A stretch of DNA of 64,000 nt from an uncultured virus (IMG/VR IMGVR_UViG_3300030012_003600). Lineage: Duplodnaviria; Heunggongvirae; Uroviricota; Caudoviricetes. Under the pieces are notes generated by a model. It worked only from the letters and a program-made list of their open reading frames with translations. It made no database searches and was not told the DNA's origin. The stretch lies in IMG/VR virus record IMGVR_UViG_3300030012_003600. One strand, written 5' to 3'. Positions 30,949 to 40,373 of this stretch are shown here, one piece after another. Both the position numbers and the translations under genes were made by a program. Numbering within the stretch: position 1 is the stretch's first letter; each line of letters starts with the position of its first letter.

Positions 30949-31950
30949 ATGTTTGAGTATTTTTACAACGAAATTTTGAGGAGAACCATTATCTCTTTTG
31001 GTACTCTTTTCAATAATGTAAGTATCAAGAAGACTGATTCTTCTGATAATGTAGTGAGTGTTGTAAAAGTACCTCTGGCTTATGGTCCTACTGAAAAATT
31101 TCTTGCAAGAATAAATCAATCTCCTGATTTAAATAAACCAACTCAAATTACATTACCAAGAATGTCGTTTGAGTTTATTGGTCTTACCTATGATCCAAGT
31201 AGAAAAGTAACCACCACTCAACAATTTATTGTTAAAGATCCTGATGATGGAACTGAGACTAAAAAATCTTATATGCCAGTTCCATATAATATGCAGTTTG
31301 AGCTTAGTATAATGACTAAGTTAAATGATGATGCATTGCAAATTGTTGAACAAATATTACCATTTTTTCAACCTGCATATAATCTTTCAGTTGAATTAGT
31401 TGAGTCAATTAAAGAGAAAAGAGATATTCCCATTGTTCTTGAAAATATTACGATGCAGGATGATTATGAGGGAGATTTTACTTCTAGAAGAGTTTTACTT
31501 TATACTTTAAGATTTACTGCAAAAACATATCTGTTTGGTCCCGCATCTTCTGCATCCAAAGATATCATCAAGAAGGCAAAAGTCAGTCTACTTACTGGAA
31601 CAGATACATCAAATACTACAAGAGAAGTTACATATACTGTTACTCCAAGAGCAATCAAAGACTATACAGGAGACACTGCTACTACTCTGTCTGCTGACAT
31701 CACAACAACGACAAAAACTTTTGAAGTTGATGATGCAAGTAGTCTTACAGCAAAAACATATGTGGATTTGGATGGAGAGGAACTCTTCATCAAAACCATC
31801 AATGGCAACAAAATTACAGTCAACAGGGGTCAAGACGGAACAACTATTACGTCTCATCTCAGAGGTGCTCCTATTAAACTTATCACTGCTGCAGACAATG
31901 CACTTGTTGAAGAAGGAGATGACTTTGGATTTAGTGGAGTAATTTCATGA
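30949..31950 (+). CDS. gp15: tail sheath stabilizer/terminator gp15
   Basis: YFYNEILRRTIISFGTLFN, VPLAYGP, LPRMSFE, ALQIVEQILPFFQP. Confidence 0.93.
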   Translation: MFEYFYNEILRRTIISFGTLFNNVSIKKTDSSDNVVSVVKVPLAYGPTEKFLARINQSPDLNKPTQITLPRMSFEFIGLTYDPSRKVTTTQQFIVKDPDDGTETKKSYMPVPYNMQFELSIMTKLNDDALQIVEQILPFFQPAYNLSVELVESIKEKRDIPIVLENITMQDDYEGDFTSRRVLLYTLRFTAKTYLFGPASSASKDIIKKAKVSLLTGTDTSNTTREVTYTVTPRAIKDYTGDTATTLSADITTTTKTFEVDDASSLTAKTYVDLDGEELFIKTINGNKITVNRGQDGTTITSHLRGAPIKLITAADNALVEEGDDFGFSGVIS

Positions 31951-32375
31951 AAATGACTAAAAATTTCGATGACCTTAACGATACTTTCAACGTCTCTGAC
32001 AATATTATTCAACCAGAGATAGTTGAAAAGAAAATCGAAAAAATTAAGTCTGCTGCTGATGATATCAAAAAAGATTATGAATATACTAGAGGTAATTTGT
32101 ATTCTTTGATTGAAAAAGGTCAAGAGGCAGTCAATGGTATTTTAGAATTAGCACAAGAAACTGAGCAACCAAGAGCATACGAAGTTGCTGGTCAATTGAT
32201 TAAAAGTGTTTCAGATGCAACTGATAAACTTCTTGATTTGCAGAAGAAACTTAAGGATGTAGAGGAGGATAAACAAGTCCGTGGACCATCAACTGTCAAC
32301 AATGCCTTATTTGTTGGTTCAACAGCAGATTTAGCTAAAATGTTGAAGGACGGACTTAAAGAAGAACCTAAATAA
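31947..32375 (+). CDS. gp16: terminase small subunit gp16
   Basis: DYEYTRGNLYSLIEKGQEA, PRAYEVAGQLIK, NNALFVGSTADL; start may be 31953. Confidence 0.9.
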   Translation: MKMTKNFDDLNDTFNVSDNIIQPEIVEKKIEKIKSAADDIKKDYEYTRGNLYSLIEKGQEAVNGILELAQETEQPRAYEVAGQLIKSVSDATDKLLDLQKKLKDVEEDKQVRGPSTVNNALFVGSTADLAKMLKDGLKEEPK

Positions 32376-32419
32376 TTTGAAAGGGAGAGAAATCCCGAAG
32401 TACAAAGGTTACTAATAAA

Positions 32420-35400
32420 ATGTCCAAGGATCTACCTTCGATTGATGATTTTGCTGAAGATAATAGCAATTTACCATCTATCGACGATTTTATTACAGAA
32501 GAGAACGCAGAGGAACTTCCTTCTGTAGAAGATTTTATTGAGAAAGAAGAAGTAATAACTGAAGCAACACAAACAATTGAAGATGCAAATGGTGAGTCGT
32601 TTGCAGAAGTAAAAGATATTATTCCACCCTGGCCAGAACTGGTTAAGATGGTTAATGATGTTAGGGCAGATATTCCTGACATACCAGAAATTAAATATTA
32701 CGATAAAGAACTTGAGGAACTTGCAGAGCAAATCTTACAGATTAAAGATGAGATTCCAGAAGTTCCAGAAGTAAGGTATTACGAAAAAGAAGTTGAAGCA
32801 ATCTGCGAACAGATTGATCTTGTCAGAGAGCAAATTAAAGACCTTCCAGAGGTCAAGTATTATGATGAGCAGGTTAATGCAATTGAAGATAGAATTGACA
32901 CTCTTCAGACAGAAGTAACCAATCTACCAGAAGTAAAGTATTACGATAAAGAAATTGAAGCAATCTGTTCAGCAATTGATCAGGTTCGTTCAGAAATTCC
33001 AACCTTCCCAAAGTGGGTTAATGAAGTAAATGAAGTTCCAGATTTCTCCTGGATTGGTAAAACTTTTAGTGTTATTGACGATGACTTTATTAAAGTAAAT
33101 GATACTATTGATACTCTGAAGGAAAATATTCAGATTGATATTAAAAAATTAATTGAAGATAATGAAGTAAGGCATTTTGAAAATAAAGTTCAATTTGGCA
33201 CTGAAGTTAAGGATCTTGACACCAAATTAGGTGAAGAGAAAGAAAAAATTTGGAAAGAACTTCGTGATTCTTCCATGAAAATATGGGAATATCACAAAGA
33301 GTTCAAAGATGATGATAAAAAACTCAAGAAACAAATTCTTGGGGAATATAATAACCTTAAACAAAATATCAAGAAAGAACTCAAAGAAGTAAGTAAAGAG
33401 AGTGTCAAAACTGACGAACTTCTTTTAAAATATTTTACTGACTTAAGAAAAGAAGTATCTGAAATTGTAATTCCAGAAGTAAAAGATTATGACGATGATC
33501 TAAGATTTATTAGAGCAGATATCAAAGATCTTAGAAAACTAGTTCGCACTATTAAAACAGAGCAGAAAAATTTATCTGAAGGTCTTCTTAACGAACCACC
33601 TAGTGATAAAGAATCTTTAGGAGGAAAAAGTGATCCTTTGACTCCAATGGATCAAAAGTTTGCTACTCTTGATGATCTAGCAAATCATTACAGATTATTC
33701 ATTAATAGAATTCAACAACAAATTTCTACAATTGGTGGAGGTGGTGCAGGGTTTATTAAAGATCTAGATGATGTAGATATTTCTGGTCTTGCTGATAATT
33801 TTATTCTTCAATACGATGCAACGAATTCAAAATGGTTGACAGTAGCAAATAATGCTGGTGCAGGTGGAACATGGGCATCAAACAGTATTGGTATTAGTAC
33901 AACAAAAAATGTTGGTATTGCCACGACCACTGCTAAATCTGATGTATCACTTTTTGTTGTTGGTGATATTGAAGCAACAGGAAATGTAAATGTTGCAGGC
34001 ACAATTACATATGAAGATGTTAAAAATGTAGATTCTCTTGGATTAAGTACCTTTAGAAGTGGTATTGAGGTTCAAACTGGAACAGCAACAACTGCACTTT
34101 TGGTTCAAGGAGATGCAAGAGTTACTGGCATTCTAACGATTGGTACTGCATCAGTTACAGTTGATGGTGACAATAATCAAATTACTGTTGGTATTGTCAC
34201 TATTTCAAACTCAGAGGTTATACTTGGAGATAATGTTACAATTAATGCCTCTGCAACAGGTATTAACTCTGCACCAAACGTTCTATATGTTGCTAAGGAT
34301 GGAAGTGATGATAATAATGGAACATCAATTGATAATGCAAAACTAACGATTGCAGGTGCAGTATCAATAGCACAATCCGGAACTACAATTAAAGTTCTTT
34401 CTGGTAATTACGTTGAAAGTAATCCTATTGAACTTCCTGCATTTACTGCTGTTGTTGGTGATGATTTAAGAACTGTAAAAGTTTTACCTAACACACCAAC
34501 TAGTGACATCTTCCATGTAAATAAAGCATGTAAGGTTGCCAATATAACATTCTCAGGGCACACTGCACCTGCTGCAGCAATTGCTTTCCCAACAGCAGGA
34601 GCTACTAATGTTGGTGGTGGAAAGTGGAAGGGTCCATACATTCAAAACTGCACCAGTGACACTACAACTGGAACTGGTATTTTTATTGATGGTGATAAGG
34701 CAGTTAAAACAAAATCAATGAACGTTGATGCATTCACCCAATATAATCAAGGTGGTGTTGGTGTTGCAGTTACAAACGAAGGTTATGCTCAGTTAGTTTC
34801 TGTATTTACTATTTGTTGTGACAAAGCAATTCAAGTTCATAAAGGTGGACAGGCAGATCTTGCTAATAGTAATTGTAGTTTTGGAACTTTAGGTTTAGTT
34901 GCTGATGGAGTAAGTCCAGAGCAGTTTACTGGAATTGTCACTGCCTCTGCTGCTGCATCTCAAGATAATGTAACCATTAACGTCGGTGCAGTTACTACAA
35001 GACCTTATGATGGACAAGTTGTATATTTTGATCAGTTATTTAAATCTGTAGAAACAATCACTGTTGGTTCAGGAGGAACTGGATACACTCAAGCACCAAC
35101 AGTAACCGTAGATTCCCCATCTGGTCCAAATGGTGAGACTGCTTCTGCATTTGCTACTATCGAAAATGGTGCTGTTACTGAGATTTCAATTATTAGTAGT
35201 GGAAGTCAATATACATCAACTCCATCAATAACTATTTCAGGTCCACAAAGTGGGATCAATACAGCAACTGCCACTGCAAATATGGCAGATACTTATTTTA
35301 CAATAAATAGTGCTACACCCATCGTTTCTGGAATTACAACATTAACACTTGCAGAAAACTTAATTAATACAGTCGGAGTTGGTTCTACTGCTTACTTCTT

Positions 35401-35683
35401 CCAACAAAGTAAGATTGTTGCAAGTTCTCATACATTTGAATATATCGGTTCTGGTAATACAATTACTTTAGCAACACCAAAACGAGGTGGAGTTACGATA
35501 CAAGCAAATGAAGTTGTAAGTCAAAATGGTGGTAGAGTAATTTATACAAGCACAGACCAAGCAGGTAATTTCCGTATTGGTGATGATCTTCAGATTAACC
35601 AAGCAACAGGAACTATCAGTGGAAGAGCATTTTCCAAGAGTTTGTTCTCAGAAATAACACCCTTTATCTTAGCACTCAGTTAA
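32420..35683 (+). CDS. chimeric protein: acidic PEVKYYD-repeat coiled coil fused to fibre/beta-helix-like C-terminus
   Basis: LPSIDDF-type x3, PE[VI][KR]xY[DE] x5, GGGG linker, then VLYVAKDGSDDNNG..GNYVE..VVGDDLR, PYIQNCTS, STDQAGNFRIG. Confidence 0.75.
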   Translation: MSKDLPSIDDFAEDNSNLPSIDDFITEENAEELPSVEDFIEKEEVITEATQTIEDANGESFAEVKDIIPPWPELVKMVNDVRADIPDIPEIKYYDKELEELAEQILQIKDEIPEVPEVRYYEKEVEAICEQIDLVREQIKDLPEVKYYDEQVNAIEDRIDTLQTEVTNLPEVKYYDKEIEAICSAIDQVRSEIPTFPKWVNEVNEVPDFSWIGKTFSVIDDDFIKVNDTIDTLKENIQIDIKKLIEDNEVRHFENKVQFGTEVKDLDTKLGEEKEKIWKELRDSSMKIWEYHKEFKDDDKKLKKQILGEYNNLKQNIKKELKEVSKESVKTDELLLKYFTDLRKEVSEIVIPEVKDYDDDLRFIRADIKDLRKLVRTIKTEQKNLSEGLLNEPPSDKESLGGKSDPLTPMDQKFATLDDLANHYRLFINRIQQQISTIGGGGAGFIKDLDDVDISGLADNFILQYDATNSKWLTVANNAGAGGTWASNSIGISTTKNVGIATTTAKSDVSLFVVGDIEATGNVNVAGTITYEDVKNVDSLGLSTFRSGIEVQTGTATTALLVQGDARVTGILTIGTASVTVDGDNNQITVGIVTISNSEVILGDNVTINASATGINSAPNVLYVAKDGSDDNNGTSIDNAKLTIAGAVSIAQSGTTIKVLSGNYVESNPIELPAFTAVVGDDLRTVKVLPNTPTSDIFHVNKACKVANITFSGHTAPAAAIAFPTAGATNVGGGKWKGPYIQNCTSDTTTGTGIFIDGDKAVKTKSMNVDAFTQYNQGGVGVAVTNEGYAQLVSVFTICCDKAIQVHKGGQADLANSNCSFGTLGLVADGVSPEQFTGIVTASAAASQDNVTINVGAVTTRPYDGQVVYFDQLFKSVETITVGSGGTGYTQAPTVTVDSPSGPNGETASAFATIENGAVTEISIISSGSQYTSTPSITISGPQSGINTATATANMADTYFTINSATPIVSGITTLTLAENLINTVGVGSTAYFFQQSKIVASSHTFEYIGSGNTITLATPKRGGVTIQANEVVSQNGGRVIYTSTDQAGNFRIGDDLQINQATGTISGRAFSKSLFSEITPFILALS

Positions 35684-36016
35684 ATGGCACAATTAGCACT
35701 TAATAGATTTCAAACTGAAACTGCAATTTTGACAACCGATGATCAAACAATTTACACTGCACCAGCAGGATATACTGGTATTATCTTATATGCACATATT
35801 ACTAACTATGGTTCGTCATCGACCACTGTTACTTGCAAACATGTAAGATCTGGAACAGAAACAGAGATAATTAATGAAGCAAGTGTTCCTGTTAATGATG
35901 CATATATTCCTTTAGATGGAAAGTTAGTTTTAGAAACAAACGACTCATTCAAAGCAAGTGCTGGTGCAAACACAACACTTAAAATTCTTCTTTCAGTTCT
36001 GGAGACAGCAAACTAA
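35684..36016 (+). CDS. small putative virion protein, 110 aa
   Basis: IYTAPAGYTGIIL, GKLVLETND, LSVLET pattern typical of small beta-sandwich proteins beside fibre genes. Confidence 0.7.
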   Translation: MAQLALNRFQTETAILTTDDQTIYTAPAGYTGIILYAHITNYGSSSTTVTCKHVRSGTETEIINEASVPVNDAYIPLDGKLVLETNDSFKASAGANTTLKILLSVLETAN

Positions 36017-36189
36017 TGCCTAGACTTTTAAGTTCAGTAAATGGTTCAAGTCAAGTTGGTGTATCAAGTGATGGAACTAACTTAGGAAATATGACTAGAT
36101 TGAACTATGAAAGTAATAGAGTTCAACTAGATACATCAACAGGTGTGGCAACAGTTTTTAGTGATCCACTTACTATAATTGGACTATGA
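36016..36189 (+). CDS. 57-aa hypothetical protein
   Basis: TAATG start overlap and ATGA stop overlap; MPRLLSSVNGSS...STGVATVFSDPLTIIGL. Confidence 0.65.
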   Translation: MPRLLSSVNGSSQVGVSSDGTNLGNMTRLNYESNRVQLDTSTGVATVFSDPLTIIGL

Positions 36190-36311
36190 AAACTTTTAAG
36201 CAATTTCAAGAGTCTTGGAGTAATAAATATAAAAAGAGTATTGACTGCTCAAATCCGAAAGGATTCTCACAAAAAGCACATTGTGCCGGTCGTAAAAAAA
36301 GAGCAAAATGA
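36186..36311 (+). CDS. 41-aa basic peptide with capsid-targeting-like N-terminus
   Basis: MKTFKQFQESWSNKYKKSIDCSNPKGFSQKAHCAGRKKRAK; ATGA overlaps at both ends. Confidence 0.7.
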   Translation: MKTFKQFQESWSNKYKKSIDCSNPKGFSQKAHCAGRKKRAK

Positions 36312-38713
36312 GCAACCCCCGCATTCCAAGAAAACCTGGGCAACCAGCAAATTCCAAGAAACATTCTGACCTTTATACGGATGAAAATCCAAAAGGTACG
36401 ATTCATGGACTTGGATTCAAGGACGTTGCGACTGCTAAAGCATCTGTTTCCAAAATTCGTAATTCTTCTAGATCACATGCTCATAAGATTCAGGCAGCTG
36501 TTGCCATGGAACAGAGAGCAAGAGAAATGGGTAAAACTTCAGAAGCAGCAGTCTACAGAAAGTTTATCAATATTATGAAAAAGAAGACTAAGAAAATGAA
36601 TGAAGAAAAGAATGTTCATGGTGAAATAGAAGTTCCTAATAGCAACGTTAGAAAACTTGCTAAAAAAGCATCTAAAAGAGTTGATAGTGATGTGGATGGT
36701 GATGTAGATAATAATGATCCTAAAGCAGGAAAGTTTGGAGAATATCTCCCTGGTGTAGGTAAAAAAAGAATTACTACCACTATGAAAGAAGAAAAGAATG
36801 GTCGTTGTCCAGCAGGACAATATTATTGTTATACTGATAAAAAGTGTAAACCAATTCCTGCAGGGTTCAAATCTGTTGGACGTGCTGGTATGCTCCGTAA
36901 AGAAAATGGACATTCAGTTGATGAACCAAAAAATGGAAATGGGAATGGGAACGGTAATGGTAATGGAAATGGGAATGGTGGTAACGGCAACGGTAATGGT
37001 GGTGGAAACGGTATGTCCGAAGAAACCAAAAAAGATCATGAATATTCCATGGCACGTTCAGAACTAAAGACAGTTATGAATGCTGCGAAACGTCTTAATA
37101 AAAAGATGGGTAAAAAAGGAGAGGGTGAACTTCCAGCATGGGTTCAGTCAAAAATTACCAAAGCAGCAGATTATATTGATACTGCAGCAGATTATGTAAC
37201 AAATGAAGAAACTGTAAATGAAGAGGGTCTTCGTGATTGGTTTGGTAAATCAAAATCTAAAGGTGGAAAACCTGGTTGGGTGCAAGTTGTTTCAGGTAAA
37301 CCCTGTGCTAGACAACCTGGTCAAAAAACAACACCTAAATGCGTTTCTTCTGCTAAAAGAGCAAGTATGAGTAAATCAGAAAGACTTTCAGCACAAAGAA
37401 GGAAGAGAGCTGCTGATCCAGGTCAACCACAAAAGACAGGAGCAGCAAAACCAACATACGTTTCAACTGATAAACCCAAGAAAACCATGAAAGAAGAAAT
37501 GAAAAAGAACGTAAAAGGTATTGCTAAAGAATTAGATAAAGCAGTTGAAATGCATAAGAGTCAAGCTAAACGATTGAGAAAAGCAGGTATTAGTGAGGGA
37601 TTTGTAACTTTACCACTTACTATTGAAATTCCTAATAATATCAGAGATTTTAACTTGGGTCTCATGTTCCGTGAAAGTCTTGATACAAACAGTGGAATGC
37701 TGTTTATATTTGATGAGTCTGCTCAGCAGTCTTTTCATATGACTGAAACTAGAATTCCTCTTGACATTGCTTTTATTACAGAAGAAGGTGTCATTGAGAG
37801 TATTAAAGAATTAGAACCATTTGAAGAATCTCCAGTAGCATCTGAAGGAGAAGTGCTCTATGCACTGGAAGTTAATCGTGGATGGTTTGCAGAAAATAAC
37901 GTAGAAGTTGGTGATGAGATTCAAATTGAGGAAGGCAAGAAAGATGCTTGCTATCATAAGGTCAAGTCTCGTTATTCTGTTTGGCCAAGTGCATATGCGT
38001 CAGGAGCACTAGTCAAATGCCGTAAAGTCGGTGCAAAAAATTGGGGCAACAAAACCAAGAAAGAAGAGTTTGAACTTGAAGAAAAGAAAGCACAAAAGTG
38101 CTGGCCTGGTTACGAAAAGAAAGGCACTAAAATGATGTTTGGTAAGAGATATAATAATTGTGTAAAGAAGGAAGAAGTAGAATGTTCTCACACTAAAAAG
38201 GGCAAAGAGTGTCCTGTACATGGTGTTGATGCATGTCCCGATGAAGTTAGTGAAGCAGTAAGAATTCCAGCAAAGACTGGCAATCTTGTTGATACTTATT
38301 TTAATTTTAGAGGTAAGTATTTTATGTTGAAGATGTTCTTCCCTCAGGTGTCTGTTCCCAAGAGATCCGATGTTCAAGATCAGATCTCAAAAGTTTATCC
38401 TGGTGCGAAACTACTATCTTACAAAGTTTCGGAGTATGAACCCGGAGAACCAGTCCTTCATGCAGAAGGGGCAGCATGGACAAAGAAGGAAGGAAAAAAC
38501 AAATCAGGTGGACTCAACGAAAAGGGACGTAAGTCTTACGAAAGAGAAAATCCAGGATCTGACCTTAAAGCACCAAGCAAAAAGGTTGGAAACCCCCGTA
38601 GGGCATCATTCTGCGCTAGAATGAAAGGAATGAAGAAAAAACTTACTTCGTCCAAAACTGCTAATGATCCAGATAGCAGAATTAATAAATCTCTTAGAAA
38701 GTGGAATTGTTGA
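36308..38713 (+). CDS. 801-aa modular protein containing a DUF192-like domain and about 10 small basic/Cys modules
   Basis: GLMFRESL..GMLFIF..FHMTETRIPLDIAFI..YALEVNRG (DUF192-like, about 37600-37925); modules joined by x-x-E(E) linkers. Confidence 0.8.
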   Translation: MSNPRIPRKPGQPANSKKHSDLYTDENPKGTIHGLGFKDVATAKASVSKIRNSSRSHAHKIQAAVAMEQRAREMGKTSEAAVYRKFINIMKKKTKKMNEEKNVHGEIEVPNSNVRKLAKKASKRVDSDVDGDVDNNDPKAGKFGEYLPGVGKKRITTTMKEEKNGRCPAGQYYCYTDKKCKPIPAGFKSVGRAGMLRKENGHSVDEPKNGNGNGNGNGNGNGNGGNGNGNGGGNGMSEETKKDHEYSMARSELKTVMNAAKRLNKKMGKKGEGELPAWVQSKITKAADYIDTAADYVTNEETVNEEGLRDWFGKSKSKGGKPGWVQVVSGKPCARQPGQKTTPKCVSSAKRASMSKSERLSAQRRKRAADPGQPQKTGAAKPTYVSTDKPKKTMKEEMKKNVKGIAKELDKAVEMHKSQAKRLRKAGISEGFVTLPLTIEIPNNIRDFNLGLMFRESLDTNSGMLFIFDESAQQSFHMTETRIPLDIAFITEEGVIESIKELEPFEESPVASEGEVLYALEVNRGWFAENNVEVGDEIQIEEGKKDACYHKVKSRYSVWPSAYASGALVKCRKVGAKNWGNKTKKEEFELEEKKAQKCWPGYEKKGTKMMFGKRYNNCVKKEEVECSHTKKGKECPVHGVDACPDEVSEAVRIPAKTGNLVDTYFNFRGKYFMLKMFFPQVSVPKRSDVQDQISKVYPGAKLLSYKVSEYEPGEPVLHAEGAAWTKKEGKNKSGGLNEKGRKSYERENPGSDLKAPSKKVGNPRRASFCARMKGMKKKLTSSKTANDPDSRINKSLRKWNC
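36932..37012 (+). repeat. (Asn-Gly)n low-complexity repeat
   Basis: AAYGGN repeats encoding NGNGNGNGNGNGNGGNGNGNGGGNG. Confidence 0.9.
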
Positions 38714-38720
38714 GTAAATT

Positions 38721-40373
38721 ATGTCTGATAATGTATATCTTGGCAATCCCAATCTAAAAAAAGCAAATACACAGATTGAATTTACAGAAGAAAATATTCG
38801 TGAATTCATGAAGTGTAAAGAAGATCCTGTTTATTTTGCTAATAATTATATTAAGATTGTCTCTCTGGATGAGGGTCTAACTCAGTTTCATCCCTATCAC
38901 TTTCAAGAGAAGTTAATCAACAACTTTCATAATAACAGATTTAATATCTGTAAGATGCCACGACAGACTGGTAAATCTACTACAGTTGTATCTTACCTTT
39001 TGCATTATGCTGTTTTCAATGACAGTGTTAATATTGGTATTCTGGCAAACAAGGCAGCAACGGCAAGAGAACTTCTTGGAAGGTTGCAAACTGCTTATGA
39101 AAACTTGCCCAAATGGATGCAGCAGGGTATTATTGCATGGAACAAAGGATCTCTGGAGTTAGAAAATGGCAGTAAAATTTTGGCAGCATCTACGTCTGCA
39201 AGTGCTGTCCGAGGTATGTCGTTTAACATCCTCTTTCTCGACGAGTTCGCGTTTGTCCCAAATCACGTTGCTGACTCGTTCTTTGCCTCTGTTTATCCTA
39301 CTATTACTTCTGGTAAAAACACCAAGGTAATTATCGTATCTACTCCACACGGTATGAATCATTTCTACCGTATGTGGCATGATGCCGAAAAAAATAAAAA
39401 TGAATATATTCCTACTGATGTTCACTGGTCTGAAGTTCCAGGAAGAGATGATAAATGGAAAGAAACCACAATAGCAAACACCTCAGAGCAACAGTTTAAG
39501 GTTGAGTTTGAGTGTGAGTTCTTAGGATCAGTTGATACACTGATTGCACCAAGTAAATTAAGAACTCTAATCTATGACAGTCCTATTCAAAGAAACGCTG
39601 GATTAGATGTTTATGAACCATCTAAGGAAAATCATGACTATGTAATGACAGTTGACGTTGCAAGAGGTGTTGGGGAAGATTATTCAGCATTTGTTCTAGT
39701 TGATATTACAGAGTTTCCTCATCGAGTCGTTGCAAAATATAGAAACAATGATATTAAACCGATGCTATTTCCAAACATAATTTATGAAGTAGCAAAGAGT
39801 TATAATAGTGCATTTATTTTGTGTGAGGTAAATGATATTGGAGATCAGGTTGCTAGCATCCTTCAATATGATCTTGAATATCAGAATCTGTTGATGTGTT
39901 CTATGAGAGGTAGAGCAGGACAGATTGTTGGTCAAGGATTCTCTGGCAAAAAAACACAACTTGGTGTCAAGATGTCAAAGACTGTCAAGAAAGTTGGGTC
40001 ACTCAATCTAAAGACATTAATTGAGGAAGACAAACTAATTTTTAATGACTATGAGATTATCTCCGAACTGACAACCTTTATTTCAAAGCATAACTCGTTT
40101 GAGGCAGAGGAAGGTTGTAATGATGACCTGGCAATGTGTCTTGTCATCTATGCTTGGTTGGTCCAGATGGATTACTTTAAAGAGTTGACTGATCAAGATG
40201 TAAGAAAGAGATTATATGAAGAACAGAAGAATCAGATTGAACAAGATATGGCACCATTTGGTTTCATGGACGATGGTTTAGGTGGTGATAGTTTCACTGA
40301 CTCTGAAGGTGATCGTTGGTTTCAAGCAGATGAATATGGAGATCGTTCGTTTATGTGGGAGTATCTATCATAA
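38721..40373 (+). CDS. gp17: terminase large subunit gp17
   Basis: YLGNPNLK, Walker A PRQTGKST, LDEFAF, VSTPHG, nuclease VDVARG and NDDLAM. Confidence 0.97.
   Translation: MSDNVYLGNPNLKKANTQIEFTEENIREFMKCKEDPVYFANNYIKIVSLDEGLTQFHPYHFQEKLINNFHNNRFNICKMPRQTGKSTTVVSYLLHYAVFNDSVNIGILANKAATARELLGRLQTAYENLPKWMQQGIIAWNKGSLELENGSKILAASTSASAVRGMSFNILFLDEFAFVPNHVADSFFASVYPTITSGKNTKVIIVSTPHGMNHFYRMWHDAEKNKNEYIPTDVHWSEVPGRDDKWKETTIANTSEQQFKVEFECEFLGSVDTLIAPSKLRTLIYDSPIQRNAGLDVYEPSKENHDYVMTVDVARGVGEDYSAFVLVDITEFPHRVVAKYRNNDIKPMLFPNIIYEVAKSYNSAFILCEVNDIGDQVASILQYDLEYQNLLMCSMRGRAGQIVGQGFSGKKTQLGVKMSKTVKKVGSLNLKTLIEEDKLIFNDYEIISELTTFISKHNSFEAEEGCNDDLAMCLVIYAWLVQMDYFKELTDQDVRKRLYEEQKNQIEQDMAPFGFMDDGLGGDSFTDSEGDRWFQADEYGDRSFMWEYLS

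Noticed and set aside
36829..37055. Pro/Phe and His-rich minus-strand ORFs
   Set aside because: Antisense readouts of the (NG)n repeat
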